The notes: generated by a model from the letters alone, not told the origin. Shown: positions 36,828 to 50,283, counted from the first letter of the stretch. The stretch: DNA of 64,000 bases from Mobula hypostoma (GCF_963921235.1 NC_086108.1:45076001-45140000), one strand, 5' to 3'. A program made the numbers and translations.

Positions 36828-38522
36828 AAATAATAACAGGGGACAAGGAAATGGCAGATGAACTAAGTGAGTATCTTGCATTAGTCTTCACTGTGGAAGA
36901 CACTAGCAGTGTGCCAGCTGTTGAAGAGTGTGAGAGAAGAGAAGTGAGTGCAGTTACTATTACAAAGGAGAAGGTGCTCAAAAAGCTGAAAGATCTAAAG
37001 GCGCATAAGTCACCCGGACCAGATGAACTGCAGCTTAGGGTTCTGAAAGAGGTAGCGGTAGATGTTTTGGAGGCATTGGTAATGGTCTTTCGAGAATCAT
37101 TGGACTCAGGTGTGGTTCTGGAGGACTGGAAAATTGCACTCTTTAAGAAAGGAGGAAGGCAGCGGAAAAACAATTACAAACTAATTAACCTCACCTTGGT
37201 GGTTGGAAAGATGTTGGAGTCAATTGTTAAGTATGGGGTTATGGAGTACTTGGAGACACAGGCCAAGATAGGACAAATTCAGCATGGTTTCCTTACAAAC
37301 CTGTTGGAATTCTTTGAGGATGGATAAAGGGGATGTAGTAGATGTTGTATATTTGGACTTTCAGAAGGCCTTTGACTAGGTGCCACACATGAGGTTGCTT
37401 ACCAAGTTAAGAGCCCATGGTATTACAGGAGAGTTACTGGCATGGTTAGAGCATTGCCTGATTTGTAGGAGGCAGTGAGAGGGAATTAAAAGGATCCTTT
37501 TCTGGTTAGCTGTCGGTGACTAGTTGTGTTCCACAGGGGTGAATGCTGTTTATTAAAAGATTTAGATGATGTAATAGATGGATTTTTTGCCAAGTTTGCA
37601 GATGACACGAAGATTGGTGAAGGGCAGATAGTGTTGAGGAAACAGGAAGGCTGCAGAAGGACTTAGACAGATTAGGAGAATGGGCAGGAAAGTGGCAAAT
37701 GAAATACAATGTTGGAAAATGAATGTTCATGCACTTTGGTGGAAGAAATAAATGTGCAGACTACTTTCTAAATAGGGAGCAATATCCAAAAATCTGAGAT
37801 GCAAAGGGACCTGGGAGTCCTTGCGCAGGACGCCCTAAAGGTTAACTTGCAGGCAGAGTCAGTGGCAAGGAAGGCAAATTCAATGTTAGCAGTCATTTCA
37901 AGAGGTCTAGAATGTAGGAGCAGGGATTTGATACTGAGGCTTTATAAGGCACTGGTGAGACCTTACCTTGAGAATTGTGAACAGTGTTGGGCTCCTTATT
38001 TAAGAAAAGATGTGCTGGCATTGGAGAGGATTCAGAGGAGATTCACAAGGATGATTCTGGAAATGAAAGGGTTATCATATGAGGAATGTTTGATGGCTCT
38101 GAGCCTGTACTCATTAGAATTTAGAAGGATGAGGGGGTTCTCACTGAAACTTCTTGAATGTTGAAAGGCCTAAACAGAATAGATGTAGAAAGGATGTTTC
38201 TCATGATGGGGGAGTCTAGGACAAGAGGGCACAGCCTCAGGATAGAGGGGTGTTCATTTAAAACAGAGATGTGGAGAAATTTTAGCCAGAGGGTGGTGAA
38301 TTTGTGGAATTTGTTGCCACGGGCAGCTGTGGAGTCCAAGTTGTTGGGTGTATTTAAGCTGGAGATTGGTAGGTTTTTGATTGCCCACTGCATCAACTGT
38401 TATGGGGAGAAGGCCAGGGAGTGGGGTTGAGGAGGGGAAAAATAAGGATCAGCCATGATTGAATGGCGGAGCAGACTTGATGGGCCAAATGGCCTAATTC
38501 TGTTCCTGTGTCTTATGGTCTA
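36828..38522 (+). mobile_element. CR1 LINE, 5'-truncated, degenerate RT
   Basis: ORFs 36851, 37799 and 38158 give KSPGPDEL, QHGF, LYKALVRPYLE and FSQRVVNLWNLLP. It ends in a tcttatggtct tail. Confidence 0.9.
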
Positions 38523-38939
38523 ATGATTGTTCCCTAAAACCACAAGATTCAATTAACAGTGCAACATTACAAGAAAACTGCTATATGCAAAATGACATAT
38601 TTGAAGTATGCCGATTGCATGTTCAGAGCAATCATGATTGGAAGTACTTGTTGGAATTTCTGCTCAATGTTAAAAATTACAAAACATTTGTAACCACCAT
38701 TCAGTCAATTACTGAACCATATTGGGCCCTATTGTGCAAGGAAGAAGGTCCAATGGAATCAGATCTGTCAGCACCTGGTATACAAATGTGTGTCATAATC
38801 AGATGAGAAATTAATTGTTAACCCATTATAAGCTGTTAGATATCTACTCAATTGGTAAATTTATATCTGAATCAGAAAAACTGCAAAATTGTATTTCTTG
38901 AGAGCATTTCTAATGATAATCCAATTGTCAGCTCAAAAG

Positions 38940-40652
38940 AATGTTCTTTATCAACTACAGCTCAGCCAGCATTCAATACCATCATCCCCTCTGGTCTAAT
39001 CCATAAGCTCCAAGATCTTAGTCTTAATACTTCCTTGCCAATTGGATCCATGATTTCCTCACTTTAGACCCCAGTCCATTTGGATTGGCAACAACATCTT
39101 CTCCACAATCTCCATCAGCACAGGTGCACCACAAGGCTGTATGCGTAGCCCTCTGTGCTACTCACTTTACACTTATGACTTGTGTGGCCAAGTACAGCTC
39201 CAATGCCTTATTCAAGTTTGCTGATGACACCGCTGTCATTGGCTGAATCAAGGTGGTGATGTACCAGCATATAGGAGAGAGACTGAAAATCTGGCTGAGT
39301 GGTGGCATAACAACAACCTTCTACCCAATGTCAGCAAGACCAAGGAGCTGATTATTGGTTTCAGGAGGAGGAAACTGGAAGTCCATGAGCCAGTCTTCGT
39401 TAGAGAACCAGAGCTGGAGAGGGTCAGCAACTTCGAATTCCTGAGTGTTATTATTTCAAAGGACCTGTCCTACGCTCAGTATGTGTGCAATTAAGAAGAA
39501 AGCACATCAGCACCTCTACTTCCTTAGGAGTTTGTGAAGATTCAGCATGGCATCTGAAACTTTGACAACTTCTATAGATGCGTAGTGAAGAGTATATTGA
39601 CTGACTGCATCACTGTCTGGTATCGAAACACCAATACCCTTGAATGGAAAATTCTACACAAAGTAATGGGTATGGCCCAGTCCATCATGGATAAAACCCT
39701 CCCCACTATTGAGCACATCTACACGAAATGTTGTCGCAAGAAAGCAGCAACCGTCATCAGAGATCCACACCACCCAGACTATGCTCTCTTCTTACTGCTG
39801 CCATCAGGAAGAAGGTACAAGACTCGCACTACTAGCTTCAGGAACAGTTACTAGCGGTGATTGATAAGTTCGTGGCCTAAGGTAGGAGATGAGTTATTAA
39901 TTTCAAACTTTCTGCATTATCACTCAAAGAGTTGAACTGCATGTGCATGTAACGAGAGCATCTTGGACCTCCAGGTGGTCCACGGCAGGGGTGATTGATA
40001 AGTTCATGGCTGAAGATAGAAGGCGATGAGTTATACAGCTCTCGTTACATGCACGTGTAGTTCAACTCCTTGAGTGAAAGTGCAGAAAGTTTGAAGTTAG
40101 TAACTCATCTCCTTCTACCTTCAGCCACAAACTTGTCAATCACCCCTGCTGTGGACCGCTTCTGGAGGTCCAAGACGCCGACCTCTACAAAGAAGGGATC
40201 CATATGTCCCACAACCGCTGGACTAAGTGTGTAAATGTAGGAAAAATAAATGTGCTAGGTTTTCTAAATTTGACTCCTCCTACCTTATTAATCACCCCTC
40301 TTATTACCCCTCAACCATCAGGGTCTTGAACCAAAGGGGATAACTTCACTCAACTTCACTACCCCATCACTGAACTGTTCCCACAATCTATGGGCTAATT
40401 TTCAAGGACCCTTCATCTCATGTTCTCGATAATTATTGTTTATTTGTTATTATTATTATTCTTTTTTCTTCTTTCTTTTCTATTTCCTTGGTTTGTTGTC
40501 CTTTTCATATTGATTGAATGCCCAAGTTGGTACAGTCCTTCACTTATTCTATTTTGATTATTATTCTGTTATGGATTTATTGAAAATGAATCTCGGTTGT
40601 ATACAGTGACATATAAGTTCGTACTTTGATAATCAATTTACTTTGAACTTTG
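38940..40652 (+). mobile_element. Rex/Babar-like LINE (RT C-terminal half to 3' tail) interrupted by a mariner derivative
   Basis: AFNTIIPS.LIHKL, STGAPQGC, KFADDT, and ORF 39585 KSILTDCITVWY...LLPSGRRY...FRNSY. The tail is tttactttgaactttga. Confidence 0.82.
39851..40301 (+). mobile_element. Non-autonomous mariner (Tc1/mariner) derivative with internal foldback
   Basis: TA lies at both sides (39849-50, 40302-03) and splits the host gaacagtTAttacccc. The termini are ggtgattgataagtt / ttattaatcacccctc. It encodes the mariner C-terminus LYKEGIHMSHNRWTKCVNVG. Confidence 0.8.
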
Positions 40653-41539
40653 AAAGCAAGGTCTTGCATGTAGGGGTGTTGCTCTGTTTTTCTTTTGTCA
40701 CTTAGCCAACATATTAATCTGTTTCCAACTCTGTCCAAGAATGCACCAAAATTGTACCCAGACTAATAATGTGACCCCCCAGTGCCTCACCTGTCATCTG
40801 TTAGGGATATCAAATATGTAATGGTGGAATATATCAGATGGTGCTAGGTTAGAAGAGTACATTTAGCTTCTCAGCAATCTCATCAAATTGGACATCTGTT
40901 ACATTTCATAGTCCAAGCTAGTCTGCCAATGTCATGTAATTTTTGCAGCTCAACTCTATTAATAAAATGAATCTACTTCTCCCTTCAGATTATTGCTCTG
41001 TTGCCTAAAGCTCTACAGTGTTGCTCACCTTAAATGTCCAATGCTCCAAGTAAATACTAAGCACTTATTGCATTTTATTGTATTTTCTAGGGTTTCCAAA
41101 ATATTTCATTTGTATAATTTCTGCCATCTTGACTTGAATTTCCTTTCTGCAAGCACTGATATTAGTTTTTACTAGCTTTGCCAATTTATCAAGTCACCTG
41201 GTCTTACCTTCTCAACCTGGGGCATTCACACATCCCATCCTTGTTGCCAGTGTGGTGTATTGTGAGTTTTTGTGATTTGGTCTCTAGAAATGGGTAGCAC
41301 TGTCACTCGTTTGATCAGGTCAAGGTGGAGCTTTGATTGAATGCAGGCTTTATTTGTGGCCATCGGTTTACAAATGAATGCAAGCAATTTAAAATGATAT
41401 AACTGTGTGATGCAAACTCTGAGGACAGAGCTTTCTGTTAAACACTAACAGACATAGACCATTCTCCAAGTAATTTCCCAAGTTTGAGCAAACAAATTAC
41501 TCCAAAGAAGGGATTGTGAAATAAAGCCTGTTTGGTAAA

Positions 41540-41880
41540 GCGCTTTTCAAATCTGTTTCCAGATATTCTTAAGCACTTCACACTTGAGGTTTTTATTGTT
41601 AATAGACAAAGTGGTAACCACAACAGTTAACTCACAGAGAATACATTTCTACAAATGTCACTGAGATAATGACCAAGTTATTCCTCTCAGTGATGTTGAT
41701 TGAAGGATGAATGTTGAGTATGACCTTGGGATAATGATCCTGCTCTTTGTTGTTGACTGAGAGAGCATCTCGAGCTTTAGTTTAAATTCTTGTCTATCCG
41801 ACAGCACACCCAAGAGTGGGACAGTGGAGCATTACCAAGATTTTGTGCTCATGTCTCTGGAAGGTGACTTAAACTCATAT
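41540..41880 (-). mobile_element. Deu-domain SINE, old
   Basis: gagataatgaccaag...agtgatgttgattgaaggatgaatgttg...cctgctcttt...atccgacagc...gattttgtgctcatgtctctgga matches the reverse of the Deu-SINE core. Confidence 0.55.
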
Positions 41881-44859
41881 GAATCAACTTTAAATTGTAA
41901 TTAACAGATAATTTTAATACTAGATATTGATATTAATTTGAGAATATGCTGTTCAAAAGTAAAGAACAATTTGTGCCAAGGAACAATGGAAAGCACATAA
42001 TTAAATTTTTATATGTGTGTATATACTGGAGAGTTCAGTAGACTCTGCTGTTTTTTTTAGTATTATACATTTAGTGGATTTATCATGGTCTATCAGTACT
42101 TTTATCATTTGCTGTAATGCCATCTTACTCTTTATGTATCGCTTACTACTATTCAGAATTCCTGTGTCAATAATCAGGCACATGAAAATTTTCTGGGAAA
42201 AGGACCTTTGAAGCCAAGTGCAGTCAAAGAGCACTGACTGAATCCAAACATTGCACAATGTCTTATTGAGTGCTCCGATAGAAGCAATTGTGTTCAAAGT
42301 TTAACATATTCAACTATAACAGTGTATATTGCTGACTTTATTTTTTTGTGCTGGTAGTTTGCACCGTGTACCCAGTCTCTTCGGTCACTGGCATCATTAA
42401 ATTTGCAGGAGCCAATACTGGCATGGTGTGTGTGTCCTCCACTCTCCTCCCTTGTCCAGTTGTGTCTCTTCTCTCTACTCACCTCCGCATTGTTTCCCCT
42501 TTCTCTCTCCTCACACCCTAAACCTGAACCATGGCATCAGTTGAAATTGGGCCTTGACCTCATAACCAATTATTGGATTAACTACTGCCAGCTTTTTCAT
42601 CTCTGTCATCAGCTCATTAATTTGAGGGAAGTGAAAATCAGGACTCTTTGCCTTGCTGGTAAATCTTGATACAGCTGCAGGTGGTTGACATATGACAATG
42701 GCAGGCAGCAAAGGAAAGAATATTGCTTCATAAGAGTTGCATTGAGCTACTTAGGATATTGGTACACAATCAGTGCACCAAAGCAGCTATCCAGAGTTTG
42801 TACATAATTCAATTTTCATCATGAACCTCTATAGGTCAGCCAAATTCAATACCAATGCCAAACTGAAAAAAGACATTGTAAATGTGTTTTTAAAGAAAAC
42901 CAATAGTTAACACCAGAGTCATGGGGCAATCAGGGAAGTCACGCAATATTCTTTCTTTTATGTGCCCATATTTACCAGAAGCAAAATTATTTTCCTATAC
43001 TTGATGCCTGAAAAGGTTTATTTTTGTTCAGTATTAAAATATAAGATGTGAGCAAGAGCTTGGAGCTTCCCAGAGATTATACTGTATATTGCAGTACCTG
43101 GGGCCCTGAATTCAAACCCCTGCCTTGACTGAGTAACGATTTGATTTTCTTTGGGAAAGCATTATTTATTTCTGGTATGCCATTAAGTACAACATTAAAT
43201 AAAAGCTCTATTTTTCCAGCTCAAAAGGGATGGTAATCTGTAGGCATAGTTGTAGCTCATATGATGCCTTCCAATCTGGACTTTAATTAATATTTGTGGT
43301 TACATAGCTATCCTTTGGAGTAACCAATTGAAATCCAGCACATCATTGTATTTTCTGTTAAAATGTTTGATTAATGCTTTTTGTCAGTGATTTTGATTGA
43401 AATTCTTCCTAGAAACATTCATAATAGTTCAGCCATATATAATTTATTATTTTATTTATTGTGGAGCTATTTGAATCTTTCCGGGTACTTGTATATGGAA
43501 AAAGTCTCACTGCTCTTTTGGTAGGTAGTACAGCTGATTAACAAAATCAGCAATTTCAAAAATTGCATGTTTGGCAAAAGATTGCATATATTTATCCATT
43601 CAATGACAGTAGTTAAATTATTTTAAGTAAGCCTCTGTCTAAAGCATAGTGTATGAATTCTGCTTAGAGTTATGTTCCTATAAGCAGAAGAAAAATTGGG
43701 CTGATCTTACTATAAGAACTTTCCTCTCCCACACATGGAAGCAAAAGTCTACCCTTGGATCTACTATATTTGAGCTATTCCATAAGGGATCTGCTACTAC
43801 CTGAATAAACCTTTCCAAACATAAAACAAATAAGGTGGCGTGTTTATTAGACCATTGCGGCAGTGCATTGTGCACATTTTGGGGTTCCCTTTGTCCAAAG
43901 GTGAAGTGGAGAGCAAAAAATGGCCTGTCACCATTGCACAACTCATCAAGCTGATGGAGCTTGTCATCATGTAATGCTCCCCAGTCTCAATCTGATCCAG
44001 ATTCTTCCAACATTATAACAAATTTCGCTCTCAGAAAGGAAGGAAAGCAGAAGTTGTTCATTATTCAGTGGAGAGTATAGACTTCTCCTGTGTGGATGAG
44101 ATTATAGTGTGTGTTGATGGGCTCCCTTACTGATTTATATTTACAGAATTTGATTCTTCTCTGCATCAGGTCTCTTCTAGTAACCAACAGAATGAATACA
44201 GGCACTTTCCAGCTTATGACAGTGTTCTGTTGCTGAGAACTGTTTGTAATGCAAACTATTTGTAAGTTGGAAATGAACAGAAACAGAGTATGGAAGAGGT
44301 TCACAGGAGCAGCTGTGATGAGAGAGTGAACAGGCTCAGGAAGAAGAACTGACAGCCGGGGTGAAAAAGTGAGCTGGTCTCCTCTGCTCACCTTAGCTCG
44401 ACCCAGGTTTGGGCAAGGGTGGTGCGGGCGGAGAGAAATCAAGAAGTCACGTAGAAATCCCCATACCTACCTTGCAGACATTGGTGGCAGCCTTCAAATT
44501 CATCATCATCCACACTCCAAAATGCTTGTTTGTATGTATGTCAGGATTCATAACATGGGGAGGACTTGTATTTGTGATAATTCATTTTATGAAGAAGGGG
44601 AGGAAGGAGAAGGGAGACTATAATAGTATATATAGTAATATATAACCAGACAGGAAGAATCTTTACCGCTATATACAACGGAAGCAATAACTAAAAGGGA
44701 TCATTGGTCTTTTAGAACTTGAGACTGGGAATTTATAATGTAAGATAGAGAACTGGCTGTGGTTCTAAATAATTATTTTGGATCAGCTTTTATGGCAGAA
44801 GTCTCTAAAAAAGAATCCTAAAAGTAAGATAATCAATGAGCTATACTTAAAATGATTTC

Positions 44860-45770
44860 CGTCACCTGGGAAAAATATTGAGCAAACTATTGGGGCTAAA
44901 AGCCAATAAATCCTTTTGGTCTGATGGCTTGTATCTGAGGATATTAAAAATGTGGCAAAAGAGCTAAGGTTTCCTGTGGTTGTAATTTACCAACGTTCCC
45001 CTAATTCTGGAGAGATTGCAGAGAACAATGTGGAAATGTAATGTAATATTTAATATTCAAAGTGTAATATTCAAGAAAGGCAGGAGATAAAAACAAGAAA
45101 TCACAGGCTAGTTAATGTAACAGTCAATGGGAGAAGTCTATAATTTGTTATGGAGGGGATATTAGCAGATTCTTCAGAAAATCATTGGAAGAGTGACAAA
45201 CTGTATTCTTATTTAACTAGAGTGCAACTACAGAATGTTGCAGTACAAAATCGGTGTGCAACAGTTCTGGGACAAACATGCCTTGTCAATTAGAGAGGTC
45301 AGAAGAGAATGGACAATCTGGTTCAAGCTGACAGGAAGGTGAGAGTAACTCAAATAACCACGTGTTACAACAGCAGTGTGCAGAAGCGCATCTCCTGAAG
45401 GCACAACACGTCAGACCTTGAAGTGGGTGGGCTACAGCAGCAGAAGACCATGAGCATGCACTCAGTTACATAATAAAGTGCCCACTGAATGCATAAGATT
45501 CTGAGAGGGTTGACAGAGTCATGCTAAGAGGATGTTTCCTGAAATGAACTTGGATACTATTTTTCAAAATAAAAGAGTTATTAATTGTCAACAAAGAAGA
45601 GAAATTTCTTCTCTGAGGATTGTGAATCTTTGGTATTCTCTAATTCATAGTGCTGGGAAGGTGAAGTCATTGAATATCTTCAAGCTGGTGGTTTATAGAC
45701 ACAAGGGAGTCAAAAGATATGATGAGAGAACAGGAAAGTGATGTTGAAGATGAACCAGCCACGATCACAT
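44860..45770 (+). mobile_element. Old fragmented CR1 LINE
   Basis: LKANKS..GLDGLYLRILK-like 5' piece and a 3' piece SLRIVNLWYSL...KSLNIFKL. Confidence 0.55.
45245..45495 (+). mobile_element. Tc1-like transposon remnant
   Basis: Translation RGQKRMDNLVQADRKVRVTQITTCYNSSVQKRIS...TRQTLKWVGYSSRRP is a Tc1 DNA-binding region. The terminus is taataaagtgcccactga. Confidence 0.65.
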
Positions 45771-46136
45771 TTCCCTTTTCCAAAGACAAGTAGAGGTTTC
45801 TCTTATACCTCAGGTAGATATGTCCTTCAACCAATATAACAAAAAACAGATTATTTCATTATTTGTCTCCTTTCTCTTTGTGAGATTTGGCTATGACTAA
45901 GTTGACTTCCTCACATGCCTTCAGTTCAGAAGTACTTCATTGTTGGTCTTGCACTTTGGAGTTCTCGTGGTTGTCAAAAGTATACGCAAGTTTTTTTTTC
46001 TTTTAGTACTCTCCATTTGTGAATGTAATGCAGGATAAAATAGGCTTTGAAATTAAATCACTGGAAGTAACACATTCTTACAAAAATCGCAAGATTTTCT
46101 TTAAAAACGAAGAATAGAAACTCTCTTATTCAATGA

Positions 46137-46596
46137 ACACCATCAAAGTTGCTGGTGAACGCAGCAGGCCAGGCAGCATCTCTAGGAAGAGGTACAGTCG
46201 ACGTTTCAGGCCGAGACCCTTCGTCAGGACTAACTGAAGGAAGAGTTAGTAAGAGATTTGAAAGTGGGAGGGGGAGGGGGAGATCCAAAATGATAGGAGA
46301 AGACAGGAGGGGGAGGGATGGAGCCAAGAGCTGGACAGGTGATAGGCAAAAGGGATATGAGAGGATCATGGGACAGGAGGTCCGGGAAGAAAGACAAGTG
46401 GGGGGGGGGAACCCAGAGGATGGGCAAGGGGTATAGTGAGAGGGACAGAGGGAGAAAAAGGAGAGAGAGAAAAAGAATGTGTGTATATAAATAAATAACG
46501 GATGGGGTACGAGGGGGAGGTGGGGCATTAGCGGAAGTTAGAGAAGTCAATGTTCATGCCGTCAGGTTGGAGGCTACCCAGACGGAATATAGGGTG
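46137..46596 (-). mobile_element. Young 5'-truncated Penelope-like element: GIY-YIG C-terminus, pyrimidine-rich UTR and hammerhead
   Basis: The minus frame ends HPIFRLGSLQPDGMNIDFSNFR*, like the PLE endonuclease C-terminus. The 8-bp direct repeat TTCAATGA lies at 46129-46136 and 46597-46604. CpGs are preserved. Confidence 0.85.
46195..46232 (-). ncRNA. Minimal type-I hammerhead ribozyme motif, intact core
   Basis: UAGUC-CUGACGA-AGGGUCUCGGCCU-GAAAC-GUC^GACUG. Stem I is AGUC/GACU, the CUGANGA and GAAA cores are present, stem III is the palindromic ACGU, and the cleavage triplet is GUC. Confidence 0.75.
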
Positions 46597-46659
46597 TTCA
46601 ATGATCTGGGTTTGATACGCATGCTTTCTTTCCTTAACTATTACTAAGACGCTCGCATG

Positions 46660-46995
46660 GTGGGCAGAAGAAACGTTACAAAGACACACTAAAGGCCTCC
46701 CTGAAGTCATTTGGCATAGACACGACCTCCTGGGAAATGCGGGCACAAAACCGCCCTACCTGGTGCGACCTCATCCACAAGGGCTGTCAAGCTTACGAAG
46801 CACTACATAAGCGCGAGCTGCGCAAGTCCAGAGCCACCAGCACAACAACTGCAGTGCCTACACATGTCTGCCCGACATGTGCCAGGACATTCCGTACCCG
46901 AATTGGCCTGACCAGTTCATCTTCAGACACACCGCATCCAGTCTCAAAGTGACTAATGGTGTCGAGGTCTTCATCGACGACGATGGACGAACCAC
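46660..46995 (+). mobile_element. RTE (BovB-like) LINE 3' end
   Basis: GGQKKRYKDTLKASLK...AQNRPTWCDLIHKG...HVCPTCARTFRTRIGLTS (C-terminal zinc motif). It ends gtcttcatcgacgacgatggacgaac. Confidence 0.8.
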
Positions 46996-47774
46996 CATTA
47001 CTTTCACTAAATCTATCTGCTTCACCCTTTTGCTTTCAAGGTGTTCCTCCCTTTTATCTGAATAGTCCTTTTCTTTTGTCTGTTTCTCTTTTTGTCTCAG
47101 CAATTATGAAATCTTGTTTTCAACTTAATTGATATTACAGATTGCCTGATTTGATATTATTTCTTCCAAGTTTTGTGTCTGTTCCTTTCAGTGTGCTTTC
47201 TTCTGCTTCTTATATCTGTACTTCCTGCTTCTGTCTTTCTTTGATCACTTTCTGCTCAATATCTATTTCTGTCTTGCTATCGTGTTCCTTCTCTTTCCTT
47301 TGTGCTGTCCTACTACTGCTGGTCTCTTTTGGCTCCCTGTCTTTCTAGCTTTCCTCTCTCTAGTTCTCTGGTGCCCATTTGTACGTTCTGTCTCAATTCA
47401 TCCCTGTAAATGACAGATTAATCAGCATTCAGCTTACTGATAAAGTGAATGCTAATAGCTCATTTGCAGATAATAACTGTAAATTCCGCACAGGATCTGG
47501 GCATTACTGTGGAAGCCAGCTCTTGTACCTCACTCCCAATTGCCTTTGATCTTTGTGACTTCCTTGCCATGAGTCTAAACCCGTGAGTCTAGTTTTTTGC
47601 TCGAAGGACGAGTGCCACTTGAACATAACAAACACTATGCTTCTGTATGCTGGTGTATTGTGACTACCATCCCAGTACCATAAACTGAATGACTACTTAT
47701 CTCAGTCAGTGAAGACCAGAAGGACTACTGTATATGCATTGTTACTCATGAATTCGTAAACTGTGGATGTAAAC

Positions 47775-48695
47775 TTCAAAGTAATTTTATTATCAAAGTA
47801 CACATACTGTATGTCACCAGCCCTGAGATCCGTTTTCTTGCGGACATACACAGTAAATCGAAGAAACACAATAGAATCAATAAAAGGCTGTATCTAACAG
47901 GATGGATAGACAGTCAGTGTGCAAAAGATAACAAACTGCAAATACAAACAGGAAAAAAGTACTAAATATCAAGAACGTGAGATGAAGAGTCTTTGAAAGT
48001 GAGTCCATAGGTTGTGAGAACATTTCATTGATGGGGTGAGAGAAGTTAAGTGCAGTTAACCCCTCTGGTGCAGGGGCAATGGTGGTTGAGGGGTAATAAC
48101 TGTTCCTGAACTCAGTGGTGTGAGTCCTGAGGCTCCTGTACGTTTTTCCTGATGGCAGCAGTGAAAAGAGGACATGGTCTGGGTGGATGGAGGTCCCTGA
48201 TGATGGATGCTGCTTTCCTGTGACAGCGCTCCGTGTAGATGTGCTCACTGGTGGGGAGCATTTACCCATGATGGAGTGGACCATATCAGCTACCTTTTAT
48301 AGGATTTTCCACTGAAGGGCATTGGTGTTTCCATACCAGGCCATGATACAACCAGTCAATATACTGTCCACCACACAGCTATAGAAGTTTTAGATGTCAT
48401 GCCGAGTCTCCTCAAACTTCTAAGGAAGTAGAGGTGCTGCCGTGATTCCCTTGTAATTTCATTTACATGCTGAACCCGGGACAGATCCTTTAAAATGATA
48501 ACATCAAGGAATTTAGAGCTGTTGACCCTCTCCATCTCTGATCCTCCAATGAGAACTGGTTCTTGGACCTCTAGTTTCCTGCTCCTGCTCCCTGGTCTTG
48601 CCGACGTTGGGTAAGGGGTTGTCATTGCAGCATCACTCAGCCAGCTTTTCAATCTCTCTTCTGTGTGTTGTTTCATCACCACCTTTGATTCAGCG
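47775..48695 (-). mobile_element. Rex/Babar-like LINE 3' fragment
   Basis: Minus ORFs give QHLYFLRSLRRLGM and FSLLPSGKTYRSLRTHTTEFRNSYYP. The tail is tactttgataataaaattactttgaa. Confidence 0.82.
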
Positions 48696-49540
48696 GACAT
48701 GTTCAAAACATGTAATTAAAGTTATGCAAGAGTCAGTTTGAATGCTGCTTCAAACTTCAGTCTTCCTTTGAAGTTTACTAAGTTTGGATGATACAATCAA
48801 ATCAATTCAATTTCTCCCTTTACGCTTATGATTGTGAGGGCAAGCACAGCTTCAATGCCATTGCCGTGGAATGCCAAAAGAGATCATTTCTAAATATTTT
48901 TGAGGAACCCTTGAGAATTTTCAGCATTTTCCTCTAAATTGCAAAATTGTTTTTATTTTGCAAAATTAAATGTGATAATCTGATTGTCTGATAATAGTCC
49001 CTTCCCCTGTATCATTGCTACTCTTATGACTTTAGTTTAGAACATCAGTATTACTTTACCATTGTTGTGTTGTCTAACAGCTTGTTCAATGCCAAAGTTA
49101 ACAGTGAAACTGAATTTTCTTTTGCTTAGTAATGGCAAATTCAAATACACTAGGCTATTGTGCTGGCAATGACCAACAGTTCCGAAGGGAATGACGAAAT
49201 GTCAGTGTCTCCCACAGGAAGCCTTGGGTTTCCATGCATGTGTTGGCAAACACACAAGTTTGCCACTTCCTGAAGGTCAAATACTAGCTTCTAAGAGAGG
49301 GTGCTGATGCACTCCACTGGCCTTCAACTTTTAACAGGGTAGACTGGCATTAGAATAGGGACCCTCAGTGAACCTGAGGAGATTGTAGGTGAGTGCTTTA
49401 TTGATTTACTTCAATTTAATGTTTTTAATTATTTGTTACTTTGATATACAGTATTTCAATTAATTTTTGTTTTAAAATTTTTAAGTACCCTATATTTTTC
49501 AGGTTATTTAAATCAAATTTTAATAGTTTTAAATGCCTTT

Positions 49541-50283
49541 ATAAGACCATAAGATATAGGAGTAGAATTCAGCCAGTCGGCCCCTTGAGTCTGCGCCACC
49601 ATTCCACCATGGCTGGTTTATTATCCCTCTCAACCCCATTTTTATGTCTTCTTCCTGTAACCCTTAATGCCTTCATTAATGAAGAACCTATGAATCTCTA
49701 CTCAATGACTTTTCCTCCACAGTTGTCGGTGTCAATGAATTGTACAGATCCACCACCCTTTGGCTAAAGAAATTCTTCCTCATCTCTGTTCTAAATGGAC
49801 ATCCCTCTTTTCTGAGGCTGTGCTCTCTGGTCCTAGACTCCCCCACTATAGGAAGCATCCTCCAAATATCCCACTCTGTCTAGGTCTTTCAGTATTCAGT
49901 AGGTTTTGATGAGATCCCTCATCGTTCTTCCAAACACCAGTGACTACAGGCCCAGAGATGTTAAATGCTCCTTATACATTAACCCTTTAATTCCAGAGGA
50001 TTATCATAAACCTCCTCTGGTCCGTCTCCAATGCCAGCACATCTTTTAGATAAAGGACACAAAAATGCTCACAATACATCGACGTGTGGTCTGAGCAATG
50101 CCTTATAAAGCCTCAGCATCACATTCTTATATTCTAGTCCTCTCAAATTAATGCTAACGTTGCAAGTGCCTCCCTTACCACCAACTCAACCTGCAAGTTA
50201 ACATTTAGGGAATCCTGCCCAAGGACTCCCAAGTCCCCGTTGCACCTTAGATTTTTGAATTTTCTCTTCGTTTAGAGAATAGT
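49541..50283 (-). mobile_element. CR1 LINE 3' fragment
   Basis: Starts ataagaccataagatataggag (reverse tail) and is homologous to the reverse complement of 18355-19102. Confidence 0.82.
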
